Assembly (NCBI GenBank): GCA_022822185.1
Contig: JAJECE010000048.1
Span: 7,809 to 71,808 of the forward strand
Length of the DNA: 64,000 bases
Direction of reading: 5' to 3'
From: Rhodothermales bacterium
Lineage (GTDB): Bacteria > Bacteroidota > Rhodothermia > Rhodothermales > Bin80
Below the pieces are notes generated by a model. That model did not search any database. It was not told where the DNA came from and was given only the letters and a program-made list of their open reading frames with translations. This document shows positions 29,883-38,824 of this stretch, in pieces; the stretch's first letter is position 1, and the number at the start of each line of letters is the position of its first letter. Position numbers and translations under genes: made by a program.

Positions 29883-32819
29883 TTATTCGGATAGCAGCCA
29901 GGTTCGCGCATTTGCAACGATACGTTTGTAGGCAGCAAGGTCATGGGCGCGTTCATCGTGGCCAAGCGTATTCACGACAATTCTGGCATCCCCAACCTGA
30001 CGGGCCCAGATTACTGGATATATCTCGCCGGTTTCATGGGAGCGTCCGATAGCGAGAATACTTGCATTCGCATCCGGCAGGAGTTCTGTTCGGTACAGTT
30101 CATCGGTGATCTCAAATCTGTCCGGCAATCCATCCATGAGCGGATGATTGGGCTGGAGTACCTCAACCGAAAAAGCCTGTAGAGTTTCGTGGCTGCGGGC
30201 ACCGCCGCCAACCAGAAATTCGTTGTAGGTAGGCCAATCTTCCCAGTTATACCAGGAGGCAGGGTGAGTAATCATGAGTGGTCGGCCGGCCTTCACATGC
30301 TGCATGATTGCCTGACGGCTCTCTGGCCTCTCGATCGGTTTATTGTTTGCAAGTGCGAGCAAGGAGGCATTTTGCAGCAGTTCGTCAAATGTTCTGTCGG
30401 GAGTTTCGGTGTATACATAGGTTCGATCTCCCGCTCCAAACAGGATCTGGCCATCCGAAAAACCAAATACCCTTGAGTGATAATGGGACTGGGAACTGCG
30501 ACTGGCGCTCCCTGCCAGATACACAATAGGGGCGAGGTCGGCGTTGGAACCCGCCCATGACCAGCCTGCGTCATTGCGCCGCAACAGTGGAGGATCTAAA
30601 ATCTCCAGGATCCCTTGCATCAGCGCCCAGTGTCCAGGTACGGTACACAGGAAGGGGTAGGTCCCCTTGGAAAGTGGCCCAATGCCAAAGGCCGCAGATT
30701 CACTTTGCGATAATACACCGGTAGATCCGAGAACCTGTTCGGATCGGAAAGGCGGGATATATTCGGTGTCGGCACTGGAAGGGTTGGTCATGTAACGATC
30801 CAAATCCTGCCCGAATGCCTGCACATCGATCCCCGGATGCAGAAGAACAACATTGTGGAGGTCGGGATGCAGGTTCATAAAATCAATTGTGATCTCCTGC
30901 CCCGCAAAGGCCTTCAGGGTTGAAGTGCTAAATCGCATAAGGCCGTCTGGTGCCCTCAGTATGAGACGGGCAGGGGGGAAGCCGCTCGGCTCCCTTTTTT
31001 CAATCGGATCGGGTTCACGCTTGACCATTCCAATGGGTGCCATGGCATCATAGGCCGCTACAATCCATGCATCTCCACCTTGTATCGCTCTGCGTGCTTC
31101 GGTGAGCATTCGGGGATGTGAAAAGGGACCAAAATCCCGTGCTGCCAGAAGAGCAGTCAGACGAATATGAAGATCTTCATCTCGAAAAACACCGTGCTCA
31201 ATCAGGAGTTCTGCACTCTGACGGGTCGGAGGGAGTGTCTGGATTCCAGCTTTGCGCACCGCAGGAGATGGATGGGTCAACGCCGCGGCAGAAACGCTTG
31301 CCAGTGCATCCTCGGCTCCCAGCCCCTTCAGTACCCACAGCGCATGCACTGCACCCGGATCAAAGCCGGTTTCATCCAAAGCATGGCGGGTAACGAACTC
31401 AGTCAGATCGTCTTCCAGCCCCTCTGCGGCGCTTTCAACCAGCATTCGCTGGGCGGTAAGGCGCCAGAATTGGTTGGTACTCTGAAGGGCTTCCAGTAGA
31501 CCTTTGGGATCGTCATAAGATAGACTTTCCGGGGAAGACGATTCCCCAAACGTGATGACATAGACGCGCCCATGCTCCCGGTCACGCAGGGGATTCAAGT
31601 GCGCATTGCCAGGACCGGGGTTGTCGTTCCAGATTTGATTGACCATGCCCCGCCGGTCAGGATTGTGCTGGATCACCGGGTTATACCAGTCTGCAACCCA
31701 CAGATTCTCGTCAGGACCGATATCGGCAAAAACTGGCGCGACCCACTCATCACTACTGGCTAGAATATTCAAAATTTCCCCTTCAGGCTCTCGCTCCACA
31801 CTTCCATCCGGCTCCATTTGATTTGCATGCACGACATGAGCAGTAGGTTCGGCCACCATCAGGGCCCCCCAGTACTGAGATGGAAAGCGGCGACCATTGT
31901 AGGGGAATGCTCCCGCAGCGGCCGTGTAGCCATCCCGAAAATCCACCTGCTGAAGTTGGCGCGGTGATGAATGTCGTACCAGATAATGACTTTGAACATT
32001 GGCGACATTCATACTCGCTTTGTGTCGCAGCGGGATCCCCACGACAATCGCATGATTATTATTGGCGGTTGATCCATAGATCATGTTATCCTCCCCGATC
32101 CCGAGCCCCCATGTATTGTTGTTGAATTCTGCAATAGGTTCCAGGCTGGTTCCATCTGTTCGTACACGGAATACGCCTCTGCGCAGGATCAGCGCCTCTG
32201 GATCAGGGGCGCGTTCAGGTTCAAAGAGTCCACTGTACCCAACCGCTCCCCAGAGGAAATTATCAATGCCGATTTTCAGATTACTCATCACAGCGTGGGT
32301 ATCGTACGTGCCGAAGGCATTCTCCAGAACCACATGCTTTTTGTCTGCGCGGTCATCACCATCTGTATCTTCCAGAAATACCAAGTCCGGTGCCTGCCCA
32401 ACGATGGCCCCTCCTTTGATCAGAGCAATCCCGGTAGTTAAAGGAAGATTTTCTGCAAATCGTAGAAACCGGTCTGCTCTGTAATCCCCGTCTGTGTCTT
32501 CGCAGATGGTAATCCGATCCGTACCGGACTCTTCACCAACATGGTCGTGTGGGTAGTTGGTTGACTCCACAACCCACAGTCGTCCACGCTCATCCCAGGT
32601 GAGTGCAATTGGGTTTATAATATCCGGTTCATGTGCGAACACATGAATATTAAAACCGCTGGGCACCTCTAGACGCGTCAATGTTTCTTCAGGGGCTAGG
32701 GGGGCCTGGAGTTCATGGGTGGTTACGCTGTTGCTTGTGGAGAAATAATGCAGGCTGGCCTCTCCAGAGCAGCTGCACAGGAGCAGGAGAATCAAAAAAG
32801 ATGGTGTGAAGGAGTTCAT
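29883..32819 (-). CDS. Multidomain lipoprotein: membrane-bound-dehydrogenase-like beta-propeller + HEAT repeats + cupredoxin + ThuA-like domain
   Basis: 978 aa. Lipoprotein signal FLILLLLCSC. PVC-type dehydrogenase-domain motifs (FAHEPDIINPIALTWDERGRLWVVES). HEAT-like segment (LTHPSPAVRKAGIQTL). Type-1 copper site-like H...C-x2-P-G-H-x4-M (NLHPDLHNVV ... FLCTVPGHWALMQG). C-terminal ThuA-like region. Confidence 0.7.
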   Translation of the reverse strand: MNSFTPSFLILLLLCSCSGEASLHYFSTSNSVTTHELQAPLAPEETLTRLEVPSGFNIHVFAHEPDIINPIALTWDERGRLWVVESTNYPHDHVGEESGTDRITICEDTDGDYRADRFLRFAENLPLTTGIALIKGGAIVGQAPDLVFLEDTDGDDRADKKHVVLENAFGTYDTHAVMSNLKIGIDNFLWGAVGYSGLFEPERAPDPEALILRRGVFRVRTDGTSLEPIAEFNNNTWGLGIGEDNMIYGSTANNNHAIVVGIPLRHKASMNVANVQSHYLVRHSSPRQLQQVDFRDGYTAAAGAFPYNGRRFPSQYWGALMVAEPTAHVVHANQMEPDGSVEREPEGEILNILASSDEWVAPVFADIGPDENLWVADWYNPVIQHNPDRRGMVNQIWNDNPGPGNAHLNPLRDREHGRVYVITFGESSSPESLSYDDPKGLLEALQSTNQFWRLTAQRMLVESAAEGLEDDLTEFVTRHALDETGFDPGAVHALWVLKGLGAEDALASVSAAALTHPSPAVRKAGIQTLPPTRQSAELLIEHGVFRDEDLHIRLTALLAARDFGPFSHPRMLTEARRAIQGGDAWIVAAYDAMAPIGMVKREPDPIEKREPSGFPPARLILRAPDGLMRFSTSTLKAFAGQEITIDFMNLHPDLHNVVLLHPGIDVQAFGQDLDRYMTNPSSADTEYIPPFRSEQVLGSTGVLSQSESAAFGIGPLSKGTYPFLCTVPGHWALMQGILEILDPPLLRRNDAGWSWAGSNADLAPIVYLAGSASRSSQSHYHSRVFGFSDGQILFGAGDRTYVYTETPDRTFDELLQNASLLALANNKPIERPESRQAIMQHVKAGRPLMITHPASWYNWEDWPTYNEFLVGGGARSHETLQAFSVEVLQPNHPLMDGLPDRFEITDELYRTELLPDANASILAIGRSHETGEIYPVIWARQVGDARIVVNTLGHDERAHDLAAYKRIVANARTWLLSE

Positions 32820-32824
32820 GTGAA

Positions 32825-33232
32825 TCAGGAATTACGGGGCCGAAGCGTACTCCATGGTTTCTGGTCGGATAAATCTTCAGCGAGCGGTTGGTTAAGTTCC
32901 GTCGGGGTTAATGTCACAAAGAGGGTCGCAGGGGTCTTTCCGATATTGAAGGAGGCGTGAGGTACTCCTGCGGGGATCACTGCCGCATCTCCAGGGCCTA
33001 AACGTTGACAGGTATCGTTAACCCATTGTTCAACGGTTCCCTCTAGGATGAGGATCAATTCTTCACGGCCGGGATGCCGGTGAAAGTCATGTCCCTTGCC
33101 AGGATGAATCTCAGCTTTTGCAGCAAAGAGGCCTGGGGTAACGGGGGCTGGATAATTGATCCAGATGTTGGTTCCCTGATCAACAGGTTCCGCAAAATGG
33201 GAATTTTCAGGTAGAAAGAATTGTCGGGACAT
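32825..33232 (-). CDS. Cupin domain protein
   Basis: 135 aa. Cupin motifs GKGHDFHRHPGREELILILEGTV and GDAAVIPAGVPH. Confidence 0.75.
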   Translation of the reverse strand: MSRQFFLPENSHFAEPVDQGTNIWINYPAPVTPGLFAAKAEIHPGKGHDFHRHPGREELILILEGTVEQWVNDTCQRLGPGDAAVIPAGVPHASFNIGKTPATLFVTLTPTELNQPLAEDLSDQKPWSTLRPRNS

Positions 33233-34122
33233 TAGCGTTTATGGGCTGCTGGACACGGGATCTGTTTGAACTCGTTGGTGATCTGGATCAGTGATTCTTC
33301 AACCCCCATGCGCTCAAGGCTGCTGGCTCCCACAAATCCAACTGTGTCGGAATGTTCATTGATGTAGGCAGCGTCTGATGGCGTACAGATGGGGCCTCCG
33401 TGACTTAGGAAGAGAATGTCTGGCCGGGCGCTGCGGGCGGCTTCGATAATTTCCTGCGTGCGTGTGGCCGCTTCTTCAAGTGTACAACTGGCATCGGTTA
33501 CGCCAATAGATCCCCCGATAGTACAGCCTACATGCGCAATGATCACATCCGCGCCCGCTTCAGCCATCTTTCGGGATTCTTCCGGTGTGGCAACATAGAC
33601 GATCGAGAACAGATCAATTCCATCCTTTTGTGCCAAGCCTATCATGTCTATCTCATGTTGTACACTCATGCCGGTTTCCTCAAGCACTTGCCGGAACAGG
33701 CCATCCACGATTGCGTGAGTGGGAAAATTATTGATTCCGCTAAATCCCATGTCCTTCACTTTCAGGAGATGATGCCAGATGCGCCGGCGCGGATCAGAAG
33801 CATGGACTCCGCAGATTACAGGGATCTCCTTTACCACCGGAAGTACTTCAAATTCACCGATTTCCATGGCGACTGCATTCGCATCTCCATAGGCCATGAG
33901 TCCAGCGGTTGATCCATGTCCCGACATACGAAAACGTCCCGAATTATAGATAATCAGAAGATCCGCACCGCCCTTCTCAATAAATTTGGCACTGATTCCC
34001 GTACCGGCCCCGGCAGCGATAATCGGTTCCCCGTGATCCAGTGTGGCATGTAATCGTTCAAGAACTTCGGTACGTGTGTATGGATTACCAATTCCGGTCC
34101 AAGGATTGGGCATAAGGATCAT
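33232..34122 (-). CDS. Phosphoenolpyruvate hydrolase-like TIM-barrel protein (Tm-1 C-terminal-like family)
   Basis: 296 aa. PIIAAGAGTGISAKFIEKGGADLLIIYNSGRFRMSGHGSTAGLMAYGDAN, GFSGINNFPT, LEETGM, AGADVIIAHVGCTIGGSIG, FLSHGGPI, GFVGASSLERM. Confidence 0.7.
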   Translation of the reverse strand: MILMPNPWTGIGNPYTRTEVLERLHATLDHGEPIIAAGAGTGISAKFIEKGGADLLIIYNSGRFRMSGHGSTAGLMAYGDANAVAMEIGEFEVLPVVKEIPVICGVHASDPRRRIWHHLLKVKDMGFSGINNFPTHAIVDGLFRQVLEETGMSVQHEIDMIGLAQKDGIDLFSIVYVATPEESRKMAEAGADVIIAHVGCTIGGSIGVTDASCTLEEAATRTQEIIEAARSARPDILFLSHGGPICTPSDAAYINEHSDTVGFVGASSLERMGVEESLIQITNEFKQIPCPAAHKR

Positions 34123-34251
34123 GGGTCAGTTGTGGCTATAAGATAAGGGCAGATCAGGATCATTGTGCCCATTTTGCAAGAACATCATTCTTTGAGTAGG
34201 TAATCATCATCACAAAATCTTATATTACGGGTTTGTGCAACACAGAAACAG

Positions 34252-35574
34252 ATGAAATCTAGAACATTTACCCGTCGCAGTTTTTTGAAAGGTATGGGAG
34301 GCGCAGCCGCGCTCCCCGTCATTATACCTGCATCCGCACTTGGGCGAGGCCATCGCCCCGCTCCCAGTGAACGAATCAATATGGGGTTTATTGGAATGGG
34401 CAGTATGGGGATCAATAACCTGCGGGGGTTCATTGAAAAACCGGATGTTCAGGTCTTGGCGGTATGTGATGTGAATACCGCCGGGGATAACTATGCCGGA
34501 AGTGGACTGAAAGGGCGTGAGCCAGCCCGGGAACTTGTTGAATCAACCTATGCCGAGAACCGTGAGATGGCCTCGTATGCTGGCTGTGCCGGGTATAAAT
34601 TTTTCTGGCAGATCCTGGAACGGGAGGATATTGATGCCGTGTGTCTCGCACTTCCAGATCACTGGCACGCGTACATGGCCGTGGCAACTGCCAAGGCAGG
34701 GAAGGATATGTACAGTGAAAAGCCACTGGCTCGGACAATTCGTGAAGGCAGGTTGATGGTAGAAGCGGTGAGGAAATATGGATCCGTTTTTCAGACGGGG
34801 AGTCAGCAGCGTTCGGATCAGCGGTTTCGTCATGGATGCGAGTTGGTCCGCAATGGATATATCGGAGAGATTCAGAAGGTGTATGCACAGGTGGGGGGGA
34901 TATCCCGTTCCTTCCCGCATGGGGAGGAACCGGTGCCGGATGGATTTCTGTATGAGTTATGGCTTGGCAATGCTCCACCCGCCCGGTACCACAGTAAGCG
35001 GGTCAGTGGGGGATACAATACAGAAGAAGGGGCTTGGCGGGCCTGGAGGCCCTATTCTGCAGGGCATGTAGCAGACTGGGGAGCACACAATTTTGATATT
35101 TCTCTCTGGGGGCTGGGGCTTGACCGATCTGGTCCAATGCAGATTGTTCATGCGAACGATGCCGAAGAAGAGGAACTCACACTGATGTATGCAGATCACC
35201 CGCCGATCATCAAGAAAAAGGGGCCGCATGATGGAATGATTCAGTTTATCGGTACCGATGGATGGGTTGGGGTTAGCCGAGGGGATATCTGGGTTTCGAA
35301 TGAACGTCTGCTGACGCTAGAAATGAAACCCAGCGATACGCGCCTATATCATAGTGATGATCATCGAAGAGACTTTTTAAATTGCATCAAGACGCGAAGC
35401 CAGCCGATATGCGATGTTGAAATTGGTCACAGTTCATCGGTTGCCTGCTTGACCAGTGAGATCTGTATGCGCCTGGAGCGCACCTTGGAGTTTGATCCGG
35501 TGAAAGAGAAGTTTCACGATGAAGAAGCCAATCGCCTAGTGGGCAGGAAGATGCGGGGGCCATGGTCATTGTAA
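34252..35574 (+). CDS. Gfo/Idh/MocA-family oxidoreductase with twin-arginine (Tat) signal
   Basis: 440 aa. Tat-like signal TRRSFLKGMGGAAALPVI. Rossmann motif MGFIGMGSMG. EKPLA motif (DMYSEKPLARTI). Confidence 0.9.
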   Translation: MKSRTFTRRSFLKGMGGAAALPVIIPASALGRGHRPAPSERINMGFIGMGSMGINNLRGFIEKPDVQVLAVCDVNTAGDNYAGSGLKGREPARELVESTYAENREMASYAGCAGYKFFWQILEREDIDAVCLALPDHWHAYMAVATAKAGKDMYSEKPLARTIREGRLMVEAVRKYGSVFQTGSQQRSDQRFRHGCELVRNGYIGEIQKVYAQVGGISRSFPHGEEPVPDGFLYELWLGNAPPARYHSKRVSGGYNTEEGAWRAWRPYSAGHVADWGAHNFDISLWGLGLDRSGPMQIVHANDAEEEELTLMYADHPPIIKKKGPHDGMIQFIGTDGWVGVSRGDIWVSNERLLTLEMKPSDTRLYHSDDHRRDFLNCIKTRSQPICDVEIGHSSSVACLTSEICMRLERTLEFDPVKEKFHDEEANRLVGRKMRGPWSL

Positions 35575-35740
35575 TCAGGGATGCCGGATATGCTGAGGAT
35601 TGCAGTTGGCGCGTTGTTATTTCAGCCACCTAAATTCCCATCACTTTGATGATTACGCAGACAGCCCAGAAAGATTGTATTGCGATTTCGTGCAGGTGTG
35701 CCGACGTGGATTGTTTCTTGATCTCAGCAGGGAAAGCTTC

Positions 35741-36115
35741 ATGACGGTCAGGACCACTCGCCCTCCACTTGACGCGACGGGCATTACTCTTTCAGCCCTC
35801 TGTTTTCTGCACTGCCTTGCTGTGCCGCTCATTGCTACAGGAATGTTGGCATGGATGGCATCTGAAGTCATTCATATCGGCTTAACAATCGCCCTTGCCG
35901 GGGTCGTTGTGTTTGTGGCGTGGCCCAGTTATCAGCGGCACCGCCGTGCGGTGGTGCCTGCCCTGTTGGGGGTGGGCCTTACCGTGCTCATCGTCGCTGT
36001 CCTCGGTGAGGATGTACTGGGCGAATACGCCGAGACAGCCCTGACGGCGCTTGGCTCGGTGGCTCTCATACTTGGCCATATCCTGAATCTGCGCTTTCGG
36101 AAGTCATGTGTGTGA
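35741..36115 (+). CDS. MerC-like small membrane protein
   Basis: Start taken at the internal ATG at 35741; the ORF is open from 35600. LSALCFLHCLAVPLIATG is the MerC-type motif. About 4 predicted TM helices. Confidence 0.5.
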   Translation: MTVRTTRPPLDATGITLSALCFLHCLAVPLIATGMLAWMASEVIHIGLTIALAGVVVFVAWPSYQRHRRAVVPALLGVGLTVLIVAVLGEDVLGEYAETALTALGSVALILGHILNLRFRKSCV

Positions 36116-36745
36116 CGGTCTTACGCAAGTATTTCCCGTCCAGGTCATAACAGACTTTTTTGTCTGAGCATTACGGATCAACCCCACCACCATCGGTGCT
36201 GATGCGACTAGACGGCGGCGGACCCTGATGGTCAGTAATTTTCGGGATCATTTATTCTGATCCTCTGGAGGTCTCTGTGAATTCAGCCGTTGTAAGTTCG
36301 TTGATTTTAATTTCAATTTCTGTTTCAGAGGCCCGGATCATGTAAGATCTTTTCGATTTTCATCTACTAGGCTCCCCCAAAGAGAATAAAAGCCTGTAGT
36401 ATCAGAAGGTGTATAATCGGAAAATATTTGAATCGCACTGCGATCCAAATAGCCCATGTCGGCTTGATATCCCATCACTTCATTGGAGTTGGTTACGCGT
36501 TCAGTTCTAAAGATTATTGTCTAGCGTCAGCAACTTTTTTTCTCGATGACACTTATGCCTCCGTTAATATTTGCACCATGGGTGATGAATTTTGCGGACA
36601 CCGTTAAATTGAGAATGTCGGACTTGCGAAAAGGAACTTCCATGCTGCATCTCTATCTGGCGTAGTGACAGAGTTTCTGTTTTGTGTTTTCATGCTCTCT
36701 TGATCAGAGAGAAGTCTATGACCTCCGTTTGAGATTCCGTAGATC

Positions 36746-37966
36746 CTATTTCCTTGCGATGGGAATCTGGGTCAAATGCTGCTGAATCGCACCAATCATG
36801 CTTTGTGTAAGCGCAAGATTGTTTTTCTCTGCCGTCCATACTTCGTGGAATCTTGCGACTGTCTCGGCAGCTACATTCAGTACAAGTTTTTGCGGCAGGC
36901 GTGCTTTTGCTGCAAGATGGGAAAGTTCATCCTGGGAAAATTCTGCAAAACGTTTTGTACGGCTGAATTTTAGTGCAAAAGACTCATCAGGGATGTAACA
37001 GATGGTTGAGACAAAATCATAGGAGGGAGCCAGGGATGCAGTATGTTGATTCCGATAGATGAGTGACCAATTCTTCAGATGCGCATCTGCATTACCGATG
37101 AGCACATTAAAAACCAGTCGCCGGATCAATTCCTCAATGTCCGCCTGTTCGCTCTCCACGCCCACAACATGTGCGATAGTCCGCATGGAGGCTTTGTCGT
37201 ATTTGTATTCTGGATAGATTCGGAAAATCTGTGCGAAGTCCTCAACATGAACAGAGGTTCTATCGATCATCCGGTCAAACCGGTCAATCACAAACGCGTG
37301 GATACCGAAGGCTTCAATGCCAGAAGGCAGGTTTTCGATCTGATCAACCTTGATCAATTCGGTATGCGGTACATCGATTCCAATTGCCCGTGCGAACTCC
37401 ATCATGCTATACTCGTTTTGGGGGAGTGCATTGAATTGTTGAGACGGCAACTTAAGGATCCGGTCGCCACCGATGCCCTGTACGGGAATGGTGATCCCTT
37501 TGCCTGTATTCTTTATTGCAGAGAGTTTTAACTGCATGCCTGCCAGAGAAAACCGCAAGATCTTTTCCTGAAATCTTTTTTGCTCCGCCCCACTCGTTGC
37601 AGTGGGCGGGAATTCCTGCCCGTCAGCAGGTTGCACGATCACTGCCCCCGGCAAATCCTGTCCGAGTATCCAAAGAAGAAAGAACTCACGCACACTCTTG
37701 ACCCGCGCCTGTTCTGCCAAATAATGACGCAAAGGCCCTTCCGGTAACAGATTAGAGAACCAGGGAATGAGCCGTGTCTGAGTCGTACCAAAATTAGTCA
37801 TTAACTGCCCAAGCGAGTCCTTGAATCCCAGTCCAAGAAGCGGACGGCCTGGATCGTTGATATAGTCCTGCGTGAAGGCAAAGAGGCTGCGGTCTGCACC
37901 AATGTGAGTCAGCGTTCCAATTCGTTTTCCATGGAGAAGCACTTCCAGGATGGAAACATCAGACAT
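36746..37966 (-). CDS. hipA: HipA-family serine/threonine kinase toxin
   Basis: Start at the ATG at 37966 (MSDVSILEVLLHGKRIGTL, the HipA N-terminal coupling domain). Kinase catalytic motif GNADAHLKNWSLIY. Overlaps the stop codon of the upstream HTH gene by 8 nt. Confidence 0.9.
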   Translation of the reverse strand: MSDVSILEVLLHGKRIGTLTHIGADRSLFAFTQDYINDPGRPLLGLGFKDSLGQLMTNFGTTQTRLIPWFSNLLPEGPLRHYLAEQARVKSVREFFLLWILGQDLPGAVIVQPADGQEFPPTATSGAEQKRFQEKILRFSLAGMQLKLSAIKNTGKGITIPVQGIGGDRILKLPSQQFNALPQNEYSMMEFARAIGIDVPHTELIKVDQIENLPSGIEAFGIHAFVIDRFDRMIDRTSVHVEDFAQIFRIYPEYKYDKASMRTIAHVVGVESEQADIEELIRRLVFNVLIGNADAHLKNWSLIYRNQHTASLAPSYDFVSTICYIPDESFALKFSRTKRFAEFSQDELSHLAAKARLPQKLVLNVAAETVARFHEVWTAEKNNLALTQSMIGAIQQHLTQIPIARK

Positions 37967-38558
37967 GACCATCCTCTTCGTCAAGAGAATAGGCGGGTTT
38001 TTCGGATAGACTTTGATTGCGTGGTGATTGTGAGCGTTCAATTTGGTTTCGCAGGGCTTCGGTTCGCTTCAAAAGGGCTTCAAATTTTTCAGCATCAATT
38101 GGCATAGCATGAAGCCGTTCCAGATATTTGACCCATCGGGTATAGTTTTTCGTCTGATCCGCCGGAATACGAATCCGCTCAAAAAAACGGATCAGTTCCT
38201 GCAGGTATTGAACCTGCTTTGCGGTTTGATCTAGTTGAGTAAGTCCCTGCATTACATGATCAACGGCAATTTTGCCCCGGGCAGAGAGTTTACGGCTAAT
38301 CGTACTCTTTGGCAATGTGGTCCGAATAATTGACTGAACGGCGGGGAGGCATGTTCGGGGCACAAGTTCCAGTTCCAGTTCCAGTGATCGAAACAGTGCC
38401 ACCAAACTCGAAAGCCGCAGATCAACGGCACCGTTTTCAAATTTTGAAATTTGCGCCTGCTGTACACCGGAGATTTCACTCAATTCCCGTTGACTCAGTC
38501 CCAACCTCACTCTCGCTTTTCGGAGAGCAGTACGGAGATGATCGAATTCGTAACTCAT
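37959..38558 (-). CDS. hipB: XRE-family HTH antitoxin (HipB-like) with about 120-aa C-terminal extension
   Basis: 199 aa. HTH LGLSQRELSEISGVQQAQISKFENG in the first ~70 residues. Coupled to hipA. Confidence 0.75.
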   Translation of the reverse strand: MSYEFDHLRTALRKARVRLGLSQRELSEISGVQQAQISKFENGAVDLRLSSLVALFRSLELELELVPRTCLPAVQSIIRTTLPKSTISRKLSARGKIAVDHVMQGLTQLDQTAKQVQYLQELIRFFERIRIPADQTKNYTRWVKYLERLHAMPIDAEKFEALLKRTEALRNQIERSQSPRNQSLSEKPAYSLDEEDGHV

Positions 38559-38824
38559 ATCAATAGTTGATTAGACATCAATTCAGTCATTGATATAGTA
38601 TTGTATGTCAAAAAATGCATTCAGGTTCCAAGCGTATGGGCAGGTGAAATTTTTGCATGGAGGTCACTTTGATGTAAGCCGCCGTAATAAGGATGGAACT
38701 GCTACCAATGCATTTACAGATTTACCAATCTGTTTCACGGCGGTAATTCTTGTCTCTCCTGTTTGCAGAACGGCGCTCGGAGCGTGATCGACTTCTTTGA
38801 CTTCTCCCAGGGGAGAGGCTTGGG

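Noticed and set aside
35600-35740. Upstream extension of the MerC-like ORF (start at 35600).
   Set aside because: The extra 47 residues (MQLARCYFSHLNSHHFDDYADSPERLY...) overlap the end of the preceding oxidoreductase region and look non-protein-like. The internal ATG at 35741 gives a protein that starts just before the first TM helix.
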